64,000 bases of DNA from an uncultured Flammeovirgaceae bacterium (lineage in GTDB: Bacteria > Bacteroidota > Bacteroidia > Cytophagales > MED-G16). A model generated the notes under the pieces. It did not search any database. It saw only the letters and a list, made by a program, of their open reading frames with translations, and was not told where the DNA came from. Below are positions 7,659 through 16,788 of the stretch, one piece after another. Both the position numbers and the translations under genes were made by a program. Location of the stretch: NCBI GenBank assembly GCA_913052485.1, contig CAJXDN010000003.1, forward strand, positions 4,602 through 68,601, in the 5' to 3' direction. Each line of letters begins with the position of its first letter. Within the stretch, counting starts at the first letter, position 1.

Positions 7659-9278
7659 TTAATCTATTTTATCTAACATCTCCCATCTCACTAAGCTTAC
7701 TGGTATGTTACCTGTATCGTTAAAATTTTTGAAAAATTCTTTTAGAGTAAATTCTTTATCTTCTTTATCTTCTTTCTCTGCATACTCTGCTAAAATTTTT
7801 TCTAACATGTATTTTCCAGTTATGTATGACGTCCCGTAACCAGGCTGTCTGAGATAAAGATGCTGCTCAAACTGAAGTAGGTGTGGTTCTCTATTCATCC
7901 ACCTTCTAGGTGTCCATTTCACATGTACTCCACCAGCTTCTTGCATTGTCATCTCATTTGCGTGAGCATAGAGTGATCCCAATCCCCTTGCTGCCCTCTG
8001 CGCAATCATTATCCAGACAATTTCTTTTGATCTGGGACTATCATTATAGAGACCAGCGTGCATAAACATTTCCTCAACTCCTGTGGCATAGCCCTCGTTT
8101 TTTGTATCGAATATGTTATAGAGTAGAGCTTTTCTTCGGATTGGGCTCTCATGAGGATTATCTCTTATTTCAGCAAGATCAAACCAATGTACAAAATGTG
8201 AGTAGAGTGGTAAGGGATCGAGGTGGAGTCCAATATTAAAGAAATTTCTCTCATCCTCCGGGACATATTTCCCCATATGTTCTCTTAGTGCAGGCTCCAT
8301 ATTTTCCTTAAATGGCATGATACCCTTATCCTTTATAAATGTAATAAATCTTCTTACTCCCTCTTCTGTTAAGTTTTTAAAGTCCTTTTCAGTATTTGCA
8401 GGTATAAGTTCTGGTAAGTCTCTATTTTTATGCTCCTCAAGCTTTAGAGATGACCACGCTCTGTCTAGCTCTCTTTGTAATAATCTGACCTCATCTTCCC
8501 ACGTCATTGGAAGAAGATGTACATTTTTTTGGTACCAAGTATAATTTTCTTTTCCGATTCCTGAAGGTCCAGTCTTATTTTTTGACTCTTTCTCAAGCCA
8601 AGTAATAAAACTCTTAGTTGAACTTATGGCTCTATCTATTTCCACATTAATTTTATTATCTTCTTTAAGGTTGAGGGTTCTTCTTATATATATTAAATTA
8701 TCTATTTGATCTCTAAAATTTTGGATTCCAGCATCCCACAATTCCTTGGCATTTCCTATCAAGTTTTTTTTTGCCTGATCCAGAAAAGGGGTAATAGATT
8801 TTAATTCTTTTAGTATTCTATTCTCTGAATCTTTATCAAGAGGAATTTCATACATCCAGAATTCAAGTACTCCATGATTTGTTGGCCCCTCATGAGCTGG
8901 CACATCACTCTGATACATCCATATTGTCTGGTAAAATGCGGGGTCTCTCTCCCAAGGTTTAAGAACTCTGTAATTAAAATCGTAGCCATTCATTTCAGCC
9001 TTTACTATGTACCAATCTATTTGTTTGTTAATGGGCCATTCGTCTATATAAAAAGAGTTTAATCTTTCTCTTAACTCTATAAACTTATTTTGGTCGTTAT
9101 CAAATCTCTCCTTAGTATAATCTGGGGTACCATCTAGTAGGGGAGGATTCTCAAAGTTTCTCCAATCAGTGAACAGTTGAATTAAATCATCATAGTTTAA
9201 ACTTTTATTTTTAGGTGTGTTTTCATCTCTAGTTGTTGAGCAACTAATAAATATTAATAGTAAAAGTAATTTTTTCAT
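7659..9278 (-). CDS. DUF885-like lipoprotein
   Basis: Lipobox IFISC. The C-terminal YLRQPGYGTSYITGKYMLEKI block resembles the DUF885 RYxxxPGQAxxYxxG motif. Confidence 0.5.
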   Translation of the reverse strand: MKKLLLLLIFISCSTTRDENTPKNKSLNYDDLIQLFTDWRNFENPPLLDGTPDYTKERFDNDQNKFIELRERLNSFYIDEWPINKQIDWYIVKAEMNGYDFNYRVLKPWERDPAFYQTIWMYQSDVPAHEGPTNHGVLEFWMYEIPLDKDSENRILKELKSITPFLDQAKKNLIGNAKELWDAGIQNFRDQIDNLIYIRRTLNLKEDNKINVEIDRAISSTKSFITWLEKESKNKTGPSGIGKENYTWYQKNVHLLPMTWEDEVRLLQRELDRAWSSLKLEEHKNRDLPELIPANTEKDFKNLTEEGVRRFITFIKDKGIMPFKENMEPALREHMGKYVPEDERNFFNIGLHLDPLPLYSHFVHWFDLAEIRDNPHESPIRRKALLYNIFDTKNEGYATGVEEMFMHAGLYNDSPRSKEIVWIMIAQRAARGLGSLYAHANEMTMQEAGGVHVKWTPRRWMNREPHLLQFEQHLYLRQPGYGTSYITGKYMLEKILAEYAEKEDKEDKEFTLKEFFKNFNDTGNIPVSLVRWEMLDKID

Positions 9279-9336
9279 CCATTAAACTTAATCAAACTCT
9301 CTTTATACATACTAATTATTTGTTTTAATTTGTGGA

Positions 9337-9981
9337 ATGAGGATATCTCATAAATATAAATTTATTTTTTTTTGTAATCCTAAGACAGGTTCTGATAGTT
9401 TCAGACAAATGTTAGAGCCCTATTCAGATATAATTGTAAAGAATAATTTTTTAAATAAAAGTGAAAAATTTCCATTTTACACCCACATGTCTCCAGTTGA
9501 GACGAGGAATGTTTTTTCTGAATTAGGTTGGGATTATGAAAGTTATCATAAAATAATATGCACTAGGAATCCATTTGATAAATTAGTTTCACTATATGAG
9601 ATGATATACAAAAACTATCCAAGAGTATTAATGCCATCATTCAAGAAATGGTTAACATTGACAAAAGTTAATAAAGAGGGTGGTGGTGGAAATGACTATC
9701 GGAGGTGGAGGAAATATGGAACATATTCTCTCGAAAATTTAATTTATGATGATAAAATGAAAATTTTGGTTGATCAGATAATAAAGTTAGAGGATATAGA
9801 AAATGATGTCCCAGAACTGTTTTCAAAGCTTAGTCTACCCAAAATAAAAAAAATTGTAAAAAAAAATGTAGGTAAAAAGTATAAAAAAACCCAAGAATAT
9901 TACGATGAAGAACTAGTTTCTCTTGTTCAGCAAAGATATTCTTGGGAGATCAATAAATTTAATTATAAACTATTGAGATAA
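9337..9981 (+). CDS. PAPS-type sulfotransferase family protein (cytoplasmic)
   Basis: FFCNPKTGSDSF looks like a 5'-phosphosulfate-binding loop and TRNPFDKLVSLY like a 3'-phosphate-binding motif, as in Sulfotransfer_2-type enzymes. Confidence 0.6.
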   Translation: MRISHKYKFIFFCNPKTGSDSFRQMLEPYSDIIVKNNFLNKSEKFPFYTHMSPVETRNVFSELGWDYESYHKIICTRNPFDKLVSLYEMIYKNYPRVLMPSFKKWLTLTKVNKEGGGGNDYRRWRKYGTYSLENLIYDDKMKILVDQIIKLEDIENDVPELFSKLSLPKIKKIVKKNVGKKYKKTQEYYDEELVSLVQQRYSWEINKFNYKLLR

Positions 9982-10479
9982 ATTACTTTTTGCCTCATTT
10001 TCAGTATCAAAGACATCAGTGCTAAAGAATTGCACCTCTTCAACTATTTTATCACCTTCCCATAAGTAGGATATGTGAAAAGGAAAACTTACTTCATTTC
10101 CAGTATATTTTCCTTTACCTTCAAATGTGCTCCAGATATTTGTCCATACCTGACCATTCGCATAATAAGTAGTTTCTACTGCAAGACCATCATAGTCAGA
10201 ATACTCAGAATCTTCAAATTCAACATCATCAAACATATCAAATAAGTTTTCTACTCCAGCAATAAATTCATCTTTGTTTAATACTGTCCCATGTGGATCT
10301 GTAAATTTCAAATCTTTAGAAAATATTTCCTTTAAAAATCCAATATCTTCATCCTCAACTGCCTCAAATAGTTCTACAATATTTTTGCTTTTTTCATCGT
10401 CAATGCTTACATATCCAAAATTATTTTTTGGTGCATCACAACTTATTAAAAAGATTGTGATCATTAATAAATACCTCAT
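9970..10479 (-). CDS. NTF2/SnoaL-like lipoprotein (paralog of 3551-4054)
   Basis: Lipobox FLISC. Shares a conserved C-terminal block with the 3551-4054 ORF. Confidence 0.5.
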   Translation of the reverse strand: MRYLLMITIFLISCDAPKNNFGYVSIDDEKSKNIVELFEAVEDEDIGFLKEIFSKDLKFTDPHGTVLNKDEFIAGVENLFDMFDDVEFEDSEYSDYDGLAVETTYYANGQVWTNIWSTFEGKGKYTGNEVSFPFHISYLWEGDKIVEEVQFFSTDVFDTENEAKSNLSQ

Positions 10480-10551
10480 ATTTTTTTTATTTAATTATTA
10501 TCTATTTTAAATTCATTTAACATAAAACGAATCTGTTTATTATTTAAACTT

Positions 10552-11565
10552 ATGAAAAATTCATGTTTTTTTCTGCTATCAATATTTTTTTTATCGTGTA
10601 AACAGGATAAAAATATTCAAAATAATGAATTAGATACCTTAGGTATGGTACTTATCAGTGGGTCAAATTTTTTTATGGGAAGTGATGACGAAGACGCAAA
10701 CCCCGACGAATTCCCTATTCACGAAGTGAAAGTGAATTCATTCTGGATGGATGTGACAGAGGTGACTAATGCACAATTTCAAAAATTTGTTGATGAAACA
10801 GGATATATTACTACATCTGAGTTAGCACTTGACTGGGAAGAAATAAAGAAAGATTTTCCTCCAAATACGCCTAAGCCCGATTCCGAACTTCTTGCACCCT
10901 CATCAATCGTTTTTAAAAAAAATGATAATGTTTCAAGTCTTAAAAATCATATGTTGTGGTGGGAGTTAGTACCCGGTGCAAATTGGAGGAAACCAGGAGG
11001 TGAAGGGACATCAATCGATGGCAAAGAAAATCATCCGGTTGTCCACGTGAGTTGGTTTGACGCAGTCGCTTATGCGGAGTGGAGGGGAGGTAGATTACCA
11101 ACTGAGGCTGAGTGGGAGTATGCATCGAGAGGAGGCCTTGTTAGTAAAAAATATAGTTGGGGAGATGACATAAATTTGAGTTCTTTCGCAAACACGTGGG
11201 AAGGCGAATTTCCAAAGTCAAATACTAAAATTGACGGTTTTGAATCTACCTCTCCTGTTAAAAATTACCCAGCAAATAACTTTGGTTTATATGATATGTC
11301 TGGAAATGTTTGGGAATGGTGTTCAGATCTCTATAATTATGACTACTACAAGACAGTTTCAAATATCATCTCAGATAACCCTAGTGGTCCCAACAAAAGT
11401 TTTGATCCTCAAGAGCCCTATGCTTTGAAGAGAGTTGTTCGAGGAGGTAGTTTCCTATGTAATAAGTCTTACTGTAAAGGATATAGAAACTCAATGAGGA
11501 TGAAAAATACCCCAGATACAGGCTCCTCACATATTGGTTTTAGGGTAGTAAAGGATATAATTTAG
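10552..11565 (+). CDS. formylglycine-generating enzyme (FGE/SUMF1 family)
   Basis: HEVKVNSFWMDVTEVTNAQFQKFV, HPVVHVSWFDAVAYAEWRGGRLPTEAEWEYASRGG, YDMSGNVWEWCSD and RGGSFLC. Confidence 0.9.
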   Translation: MKNSCFFLLSIFFLSCKQDKNIQNNELDTLGMVLISGSNFFMGSDDEDANPDEFPIHEVKVNSFWMDVTEVTNAQFQKFVDETGYITTSELALDWEEIKKDFPPNTPKPDSELLAPSSIVFKKNDNVSSLKNHMLWWELVPGANWRKPGGEGTSIDGKENHPVVHVSWFDAVAYAEWRGGRLPTEAEWEYASRGGLVSKKYSWGDDINLSSFANTWEGEFPKSNTKIDGFESTSPVKNYPANNFGLYDMSGNVWEWCSDLYNYDYYKTVSNIISDNPSGPNKSFDPQEPYALKRVVRGGSFLCNKSYCKGYRNSMRMKNTPDTGSSHIGFRVVKDII

Positions 11566-11569
11566 TATT

Positions 11570-13090
11570 ATGAGAAAACTTTTTATTTTTTTTTGTTTTT
11601 TCTTCTTAAACCTTACTATTTATTCTCAAGATAAAAGTCAAATAATTGATGACTTTGCAAGAAAGGGAAAGGAGCTGTGGCAAATTCCCGGGATGAGTTT
11701 AGTTATAGTTGAAAATGATTCTACAATTTTCAAGAGTACATATGGAGTCAAAAATTATTTTACCAGAGATGAAGTTGACACCAAAACAATATTCTCTATG
11801 GCCTCTACGACCAAGGCATTTATAGGAATGGGATTAGGTATACTTGTAGACAGAGACTCAATAGGGTGGAATGATAAAGTAGTAGATCATTTACCTGATT
11901 TCAAATTATCAGATCCATATATTACAAATGATGCAAGAGTAAAAGACCTCTTAACTCACAACCTTGGGATAGGAAATGAAGATAAGCTATGGACTACTGA
12001 TAGTACTTCAGTAGAGGAACTTCTATCCAATTTTTCAAAGTCTGAGAGAAAGTACTCTCTGAGGGGGGGCTATACATATCAGAACATAATGTACGTTGTT
12101 GCCGGAAGACTAATTGAGAAGGTTTCTGGTAAGACATGGCAAGAATTCATACAATATAATATTTTGGAACCTATTGGTCTTGAATGTACGTTGACATGGT
12201 CTAGAGATATTTTTGAGTATGGTAATCATACCTACCCGCACATGATTGATTATGAGGAAGGCATAGTAAATGTACCGTTTACAATATCTGACCAGATTGG
12301 TGCTGCTGGGATGATGTGGTCCTGTGTTGATGATATGGAAAAATATTTATCCTTTCTGCTAAATAACAGCGAAGTTGATGGTTTAAGAATTTTATCTGAA
12401 AAAACATTTAACTATATCTTCGAGCCTCAAATTATTATTGGAAGTTCATTTTATCCTACATCTAAACTCACAAAACCGAATTGGAGAACATATGGACTGG
12501 GTTGGTTTCAGCACGACTATAGAGGTCTAAAGATAGATATGCATACCGGTAGCTTACAAGGTCTAGTTGCCATAATAGCAATGGTAAGGGATAAAAATAT
12601 AGCTCTTCAAGTTTTTGCAAATATGGACGGGGCAGAGTTAAGACATGCTCTAGTATATAAAATTTTTGATCTGCTTCTTTTTGATGATAACTCAAGAGAT
12701 TGGAACTCAGAGGTATTCGAATTATACAATGAAAGAAGTGAGAGATATAAAAAATCATATTTTGAATCATTTGAGAATAGAGATAAATCAAAAAAGCTAT
12801 CCTATGAACTAAAAGATTTTGTAGGAAAATTTTCCAATGATATGTACGGTGATATAGCTGTTACCCTCCGAACAAGAGAATGGAAAAAATCTAAAAAAAA
12901 ATATTATCTAAATCTTGATGTAAATAACAACATAAAAAATTTTGATTTAGAATGGTGGGAGGGTAATACATTTCTAACTGATAAAGATGAGAAGTGGTTA
13001 GAAAAGTTATTTGTAGATTTTAAAGAGGAGGATGGTTCGATAAAAAGCTTAAAAATTTATAATGTTCAATTTGATAAAGTCAGCAACTAA
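11570..13090 (+). CDS. serine hydrolase, beta-lactamase/transpeptidase-like family
   Basis: Signal peptide and SxxK motif (FSMASTTKAF). Starts 4 nt after the FGE gene. Confidence 0.8.
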   Translation: MRKLFIFFCFFFLNLTIYSQDKSQIIDDFARKGKELWQIPGMSLVIVENDSTIFKSTYGVKNYFTRDEVDTKTIFSMASTTKAFIGMGLGILVDRDSIGWNDKVVDHLPDFKLSDPYITNDARVKDLLTHNLGIGNEDKLWTTDSTSVEELLSNFSKSERKYSLRGGYTYQNIMYVVAGRLIEKVSGKTWQEFIQYNILEPIGLECTLTWSRDIFEYGNHTYPHMIDYEEGIVNVPFTISDQIGAAGMMWSCVDDMEKYLSFLLNNSEVDGLRILSEKTFNYIFEPQIIIGSSFYPTSKLTKPNWRTYGLGWFQHDYRGLKIDMHTGSLQGLVAIIAMVRDKNIALQVFANMDGAELRHALVYKIFDLLLFDDNSRDWNSEVFELYNERSERYKKSYFESFENRDKSKKLSYELKDFVGKFSNDMYGDIAVTLRTREWKKSKKKYYLNLDVNNNIKNFDLEWWEGNTFLTDKDEKWLEKLFVDFKEEDGSIKSLKIYNVQFDKVSN

Positions 13091-14642
13091 TTTTTTTACT
13101 GTATTATTATTCATTTCTTGTGCTCCACAAAAAAATGATAAAAAAAATATTATAATCATTTTAGCTGACGATTTAGGATATAGTGATTTAGGATATTTCG
13201 GCAGTGAGATTAGCACACCAAATATTGATGATCTTGCAGGAAAAGGGGTAGTTTTCACAAATTTTTATTCGGCTCCGTCTTGTGCTCCGTCTAGAGCTAT
13301 GTTATTATCTGGTAATGATAACCATATGGCTGGTATAGGGATTCAGGCATTTCGTTCTGGAAATTATGGGTACGAAGGTTCCTTGTCTGAGAGAGTAAAA
13401 ATTATTCCAGAGGTACTAAAAGAAAATGGATATAACACATTTATGTCAGGAAAATGGCATATTGGAGGAGATCCTTTTGACAGAGGTTTTGATAAAACAT
13501 TTTCACTTCTTCCAGGTGCTTTCACACACTATGATAATATTAAGCCTATCAGAGGATACCCAGATACAGCATTCTCTCTAAATGGGAAGAAAGTTTTGTG
13601 GGAAGAGGGTAAATATTCTACTGATGTATACACGGATAAGTTAATAGAGTTCATAGAATCATCAGATGATAAGCCATTTTTTGGATATTTGTGTTATACT
13701 GCACCACACTGGCCATTACAAGTAGATAAAATTTACTCAGATAAATACGAGGGTGTCTATGATGGTGGATATGAAATTATTAAAGAGAGAAGACTTAATA
13801 GTATGATTAAAAAAGGAATATTAAAAGAAGGTTCTAATTATCAATCAAAATCATATTCATCAAATTGGAATAATTTAAGCTCATCTGAAAAGGCAATTGA
13901 GTCTAAAAAAATGGAAATTTATGCAGGAATGATTTCAAACTTAGATTTTAATGTTGGTAGATTAACATCTTTTCTGGAGAGTAAGGAGATACTAGAAAAT
14001 ACAGTAATTATATTTATGTCTGATAATGGAGCGGCTGCAGAGGACTTCTATTTCAATAAGACATATGGTGGTTATCTTAAAGAAAAATTCACCTACGATT
14101 ATGAAGAGATGGGATCGCCTAAGTCATTTATATCAATCGGTAAAAACTGGGCTGAAGTAATTACAAATCCATTTAAGTTATATAAAGGTTTTACAACTTC
14201 TGGGGGAATGAGGTCTCCAATAATATTTTATGGAATAGATAATATTGAAAGTGATATCTATGATGAGTTTATTTCAGTACTAGATGTTGCTCCTACTCTT
14301 TACTCCTTAACTAAATCCGATTCTGAAATTAGCGTAACAGGAGAAAGTATTATTCCATTCCTCATGAAAAATCAGAGTTATACTCATGATGAAAATTATG
14401 TTTTTGCATTTGAACATAGTGGTAGCTCAATTTTAATTAAAGACAAATGGAAAATTGTAAATAATTCTTTTCCTTTCAATAAAGATAATTTTGAACTTTA
14501 CCAATTATCTGATATTTCTGAAGTTAATAACCTAAAAAATGAACAAAATGAGGTATACAATTCTTTAATTAATGACTGGGAATCATTTGTGATGGAAAAT
14601 AGGATAATATTACCGACCCCTTACAGAGATGATCTCAATTAA
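13062..14642 (+). CDS. arylsulfatase (Cys-type, formylglycine-dependent)
   Basis: IIIILADDLGYSDLGYFG and the sulfatase signature SCAPSRAMLLSG (CxPxR). Overlaps the upstream gene by 29 nt. Confidence 0.9.
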   Translation: MFNLIKSATNFFTVLLFISCAPQKNDKKNIIIILADDLGYSDLGYFGSEISTPNIDDLAGKGVVFTNFYSAPSCAPSRAMLLSGNDNHMAGIGIQAFRSGNYGYEGSLSERVKIIPEVLKENGYNTFMSGKWHIGGDPFDRGFDKTFSLLPGAFTHYDNIKPIRGYPDTAFSLNGKKVLWEEGKYSTDVYTDKLIEFIESSDDKPFFGYLCYTAPHWPLQVDKIYSDKYEGVYDGGYEIIKERRLNSMIKKGILKEGSNYQSKSYSSNWNNLSSSEKAIESKKMEIYAGMISNLDFNVGRLTSFLESKEILENTVIIFMSDNGAAAEDFYFNKTYGGYLKEKFTYDYEEMGSPKSFISIGKNWAEVITNPFKLYKGFTTSGGMRSPIIFYGIDNIESDIYDEFISVLDVAPTLYSLTKSDSEISVTGESIIPFLMKNQSYTHDENYVFAFEHSGSSILIKDKWKIVNNSFPFNKDNFELYQLSDISEVNNLKNEQNEVYNSLINDWESFVMENRIILPTPYRDDLN

Positions 14643-14643
14643 A

Positions 14644-15315
14644 TTATTCGAAGTTTATATCAATGTTATTTTTATCGTAGAAATCTGACAGAATCTGCTT
14701 TACTTCTTCCTTCTCTTCTACAAGATTAATCAGATCAATATCCTCTGGTGAAATAAGTTTATTTCCAGATAGTGTACCTTTAATCCAATTGAATAATGGT
14801 CCGTAATGTTTTTTGCCAACCAGAATTATTGGGAATAATTTTGATTTCTTAGTTTGAATTAGAGTCAAAGCATTAAATAACTCATCTAAAGTTCCATATC
14901 CACCAGGCATAACAACAAACCCTTGGGAATATTTTTGGAACATTAATTTTCTAACAAAGAAATAGTCAAACTTTAGTAAATACTCGTCGTCTACAAATTC
15001 ATTAGTAAATTGTTCAAATGGTAAATTTATTCTTAGTCCTATTGATTTTCCTTTAGCTAGTTTAGCACCTTTATTTGCTGCTTCCATTATACCAGGTCCT
15101 GCACCTGATATTATTCCAAATCCCATTTCAGAAATCATACTGGCAATTTCAACAGTTTTTTTATAGTATGGGTCGCTTGGTTCTGTTCTCGCAGACCCAA
15201 AAATTGATATTGAGGGTCCCACCTCGATTAAAGTTTCAAAACCATTTACAGTTTCAGCATTATATTTTAAAATTCTCCAGCTATCCTTAGTAATTGTATT
15301 ATTCCAGTCTTTCAT
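14644..15315 (-). CDS. LOG family protein (TIGR00730, nucleotide 5'-monophosphate nucleosidase-like)
   Basis: SGAGPGIMEAANKGA and PGGYGTLDELFNALTLIQT motifs. Confidence 0.85.
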   Translation of the reverse strand: MKDWNNTITKDSWRILKYNAETVNGFETLIEVGPSISIFGSARTEPSDPYYKKTVEIASMISEMGFGIISGAGPGIMEAANKGAKLAKGKSIGLRINLPFEQFTNEFVDDEYLLKFDYFFVRKLMFQKYSQGFVVMPGGYGTLDELFNALTLIQTKKSKLFPIILVGKKHYGPLFNWIKGTLSGNKLISPEDIDLINLVEEKEEVKQILSDFYDKNNIDINFE

Positions 15316-15392
15316 GGTATATTTATATAATAATATTTAAATTAAGACGTATTTATATATAAATATAGATCATTTATTAAAAAAATAAATTT

Positions 15393-16349
15393 ATGAAATA
15401 CCTCAATATACTTTCAATTGTTTTCTTTTCCTTAATTATTATTTCTTGTAATCAACTAGAAGATTCATTTAATCTACCAGGAGAAGACAATAATGATATA
15501 GTATATTATGAGCTTAAAAATGATTATCTGGCCCCAGAATCAAGGGAATTTATCGAAGGGAATTTTCCTTCTGAAAACATAAATTCGTCATATATATTAA
15601 TTGGTAAAGATAGTTATGGCTTCGAAGCTGATCTTTCAAATGAAATGAGTCTATCATTTGATGAAGATGGCGTCTTTAGATTTAATAGGGATCATCCATT
15701 TATAAAAGAGAGTTTCAGTAAAGGTATTTATGGTTTTAATAGAGGTGGTGGCGGAAAAGGTGGTAGAGACGAAGGAGATAAAGAAAAGGATGAAGGAGAT
15801 AGGGAAAAGAAAGATAGAGACGAAGGAGATAAAGAAAAGGATGAAGATAAAAATTATAAATCCGAAAGATGTTTTGAATTTATAATGCCATACTCAATTA
15901 TTATGCCAGATACTAGTATTATTTCAATTGCAGAAGAGAACGATATGGAAAAAATAAAGACTTGGTATGATGATAATCCAAAAACTAAGAAAAGGTACAA
16001 AATTCAATTTCCAGTCGATGTAAAATTTCTAGTTTCTGAATCTAGTGAAAATGAAGTAGAAACTTTGTCTTCGCCTAATGATCTTAAAGAGGTTATGGAA
16101 CTCTGTAAAGGAGGTATGGAAAAGTTTAAGGAGGATAGAAAAAGAAAGGGAAAAAAAGATAAATGTAAGAAACAAGACATAAGCGAAATAGAGGAGTGTA
16201 TCAAAGATTATATATCTCAGAATTTTTCTGATGATGAAATCGTTCACGCAAGAACTGTAGTAACTAAAGATGATGTCACCCTACATATTGTTAAGCTTAA
16301 AGAGAATGGAATTCTAAAGTTTAACGAAGACTGTCATTTTATAGATTAA
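15393..16349 (+). CDS. PepSY-like domain lipoprotein with a central highly charged repeat insert
   Basis: Lipobox IIISC. The N- and C-terminal halves resemble PepSY-like modules (FIEGNFPSENINSSYI...FDEDG and IKDYISQNFSDDEIVHARTV...FNEDC). The centre reads GGGGKGGRDEGDKEKDEGDREKKDRDEGDKEKDEDK. Confidence 0.45.
   Translation: MKYLNILSIVFFSLIIISCNQLEDSFNLPGEDNNDIVYYELKNDYLAPESREFIEGNFPSENINSSYILIGKDSYGFEADLSNEMSLSFDEDGVFRFNRDHPFIKESFSKGIYGFNRGGGGKGGRDEGDKEKDEGDREKKDRDEGDKEKDEDKNYKSERCFEFIMPYSIIMPDTSIISIAEENDMEKIKTWYDDNPKTKKRYKIQFPVDVKFLVSESSENEVETLSSPNDLKEVMELCKGGMEKFKEDRKRKGKKDKCKKQDISEIEECIKDYISQNFSDDEIVHARTVVTKDDVTLHIVKLKENGILKFNEDCHFID
15765..15846 (+). repeat. 51-nt-period tandem duplication inside the coding sequence
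   Basis: AGAGACGAAGGAGATAAAGAAAAGGATGAAG is identical at 15765-15795 and 15816-15846. Confidence 0.85.
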
Positions 16350-16780
16350 TGACTGCCTCCATATCCTGGAAATGTAAATCAACATGGAAAAAATCTTCAG
16401 TAAATACGTTATGGTGTTTATTAGGATGTTCAATTGGTGACTTTGGAACAATATTTTATTTTCAAAATATTGAACATACTCTACCAGTGTGGGGAGTTAT
16501 GACACTAGCAATTATCAATGGATTACTTACAAGCATTGCTCTTGAAACTTTCATACTATCCAAACAAATGACTTTAAGAGAAGCTTTTAACGTTGCAATT
16601 GGTATGAGTTTTATCAGTATGGTAGGTATGGAGGCAGCAATGAATATCACCGATGTGATATTGACAGGGGGAGCTATTCTCACATGGTGGGCTATTCCAT
16701 TTATGTTATTTGCAGGGTTTATTACACCTCTACCTTACAACTATTACAGATTAAAAAAATTTAATCATTCCTGCCACTAA
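16349..16780 (+). CDS. DUF4396-like integral membrane protein
   Basis: The WCLLGCSIGDFG motif and about 4 TM segments. The start codon overlaps the upstream stop (TAATG). Confidence 0.55.
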   Translation: MTASISWKCKSTWKKSSVNTLWCLLGCSIGDFGTIFYFQNIEHTLPVWGVMTLAIINGLLTSIALETFILSKQMTLREAFNVAIGMSFISMVGMEAAMNITDVILTGGAILTWWAIPFMLFAGFITPLPYNYYRLKKFNHSCH

Positions 16781-16788
16781 TATTTTAA

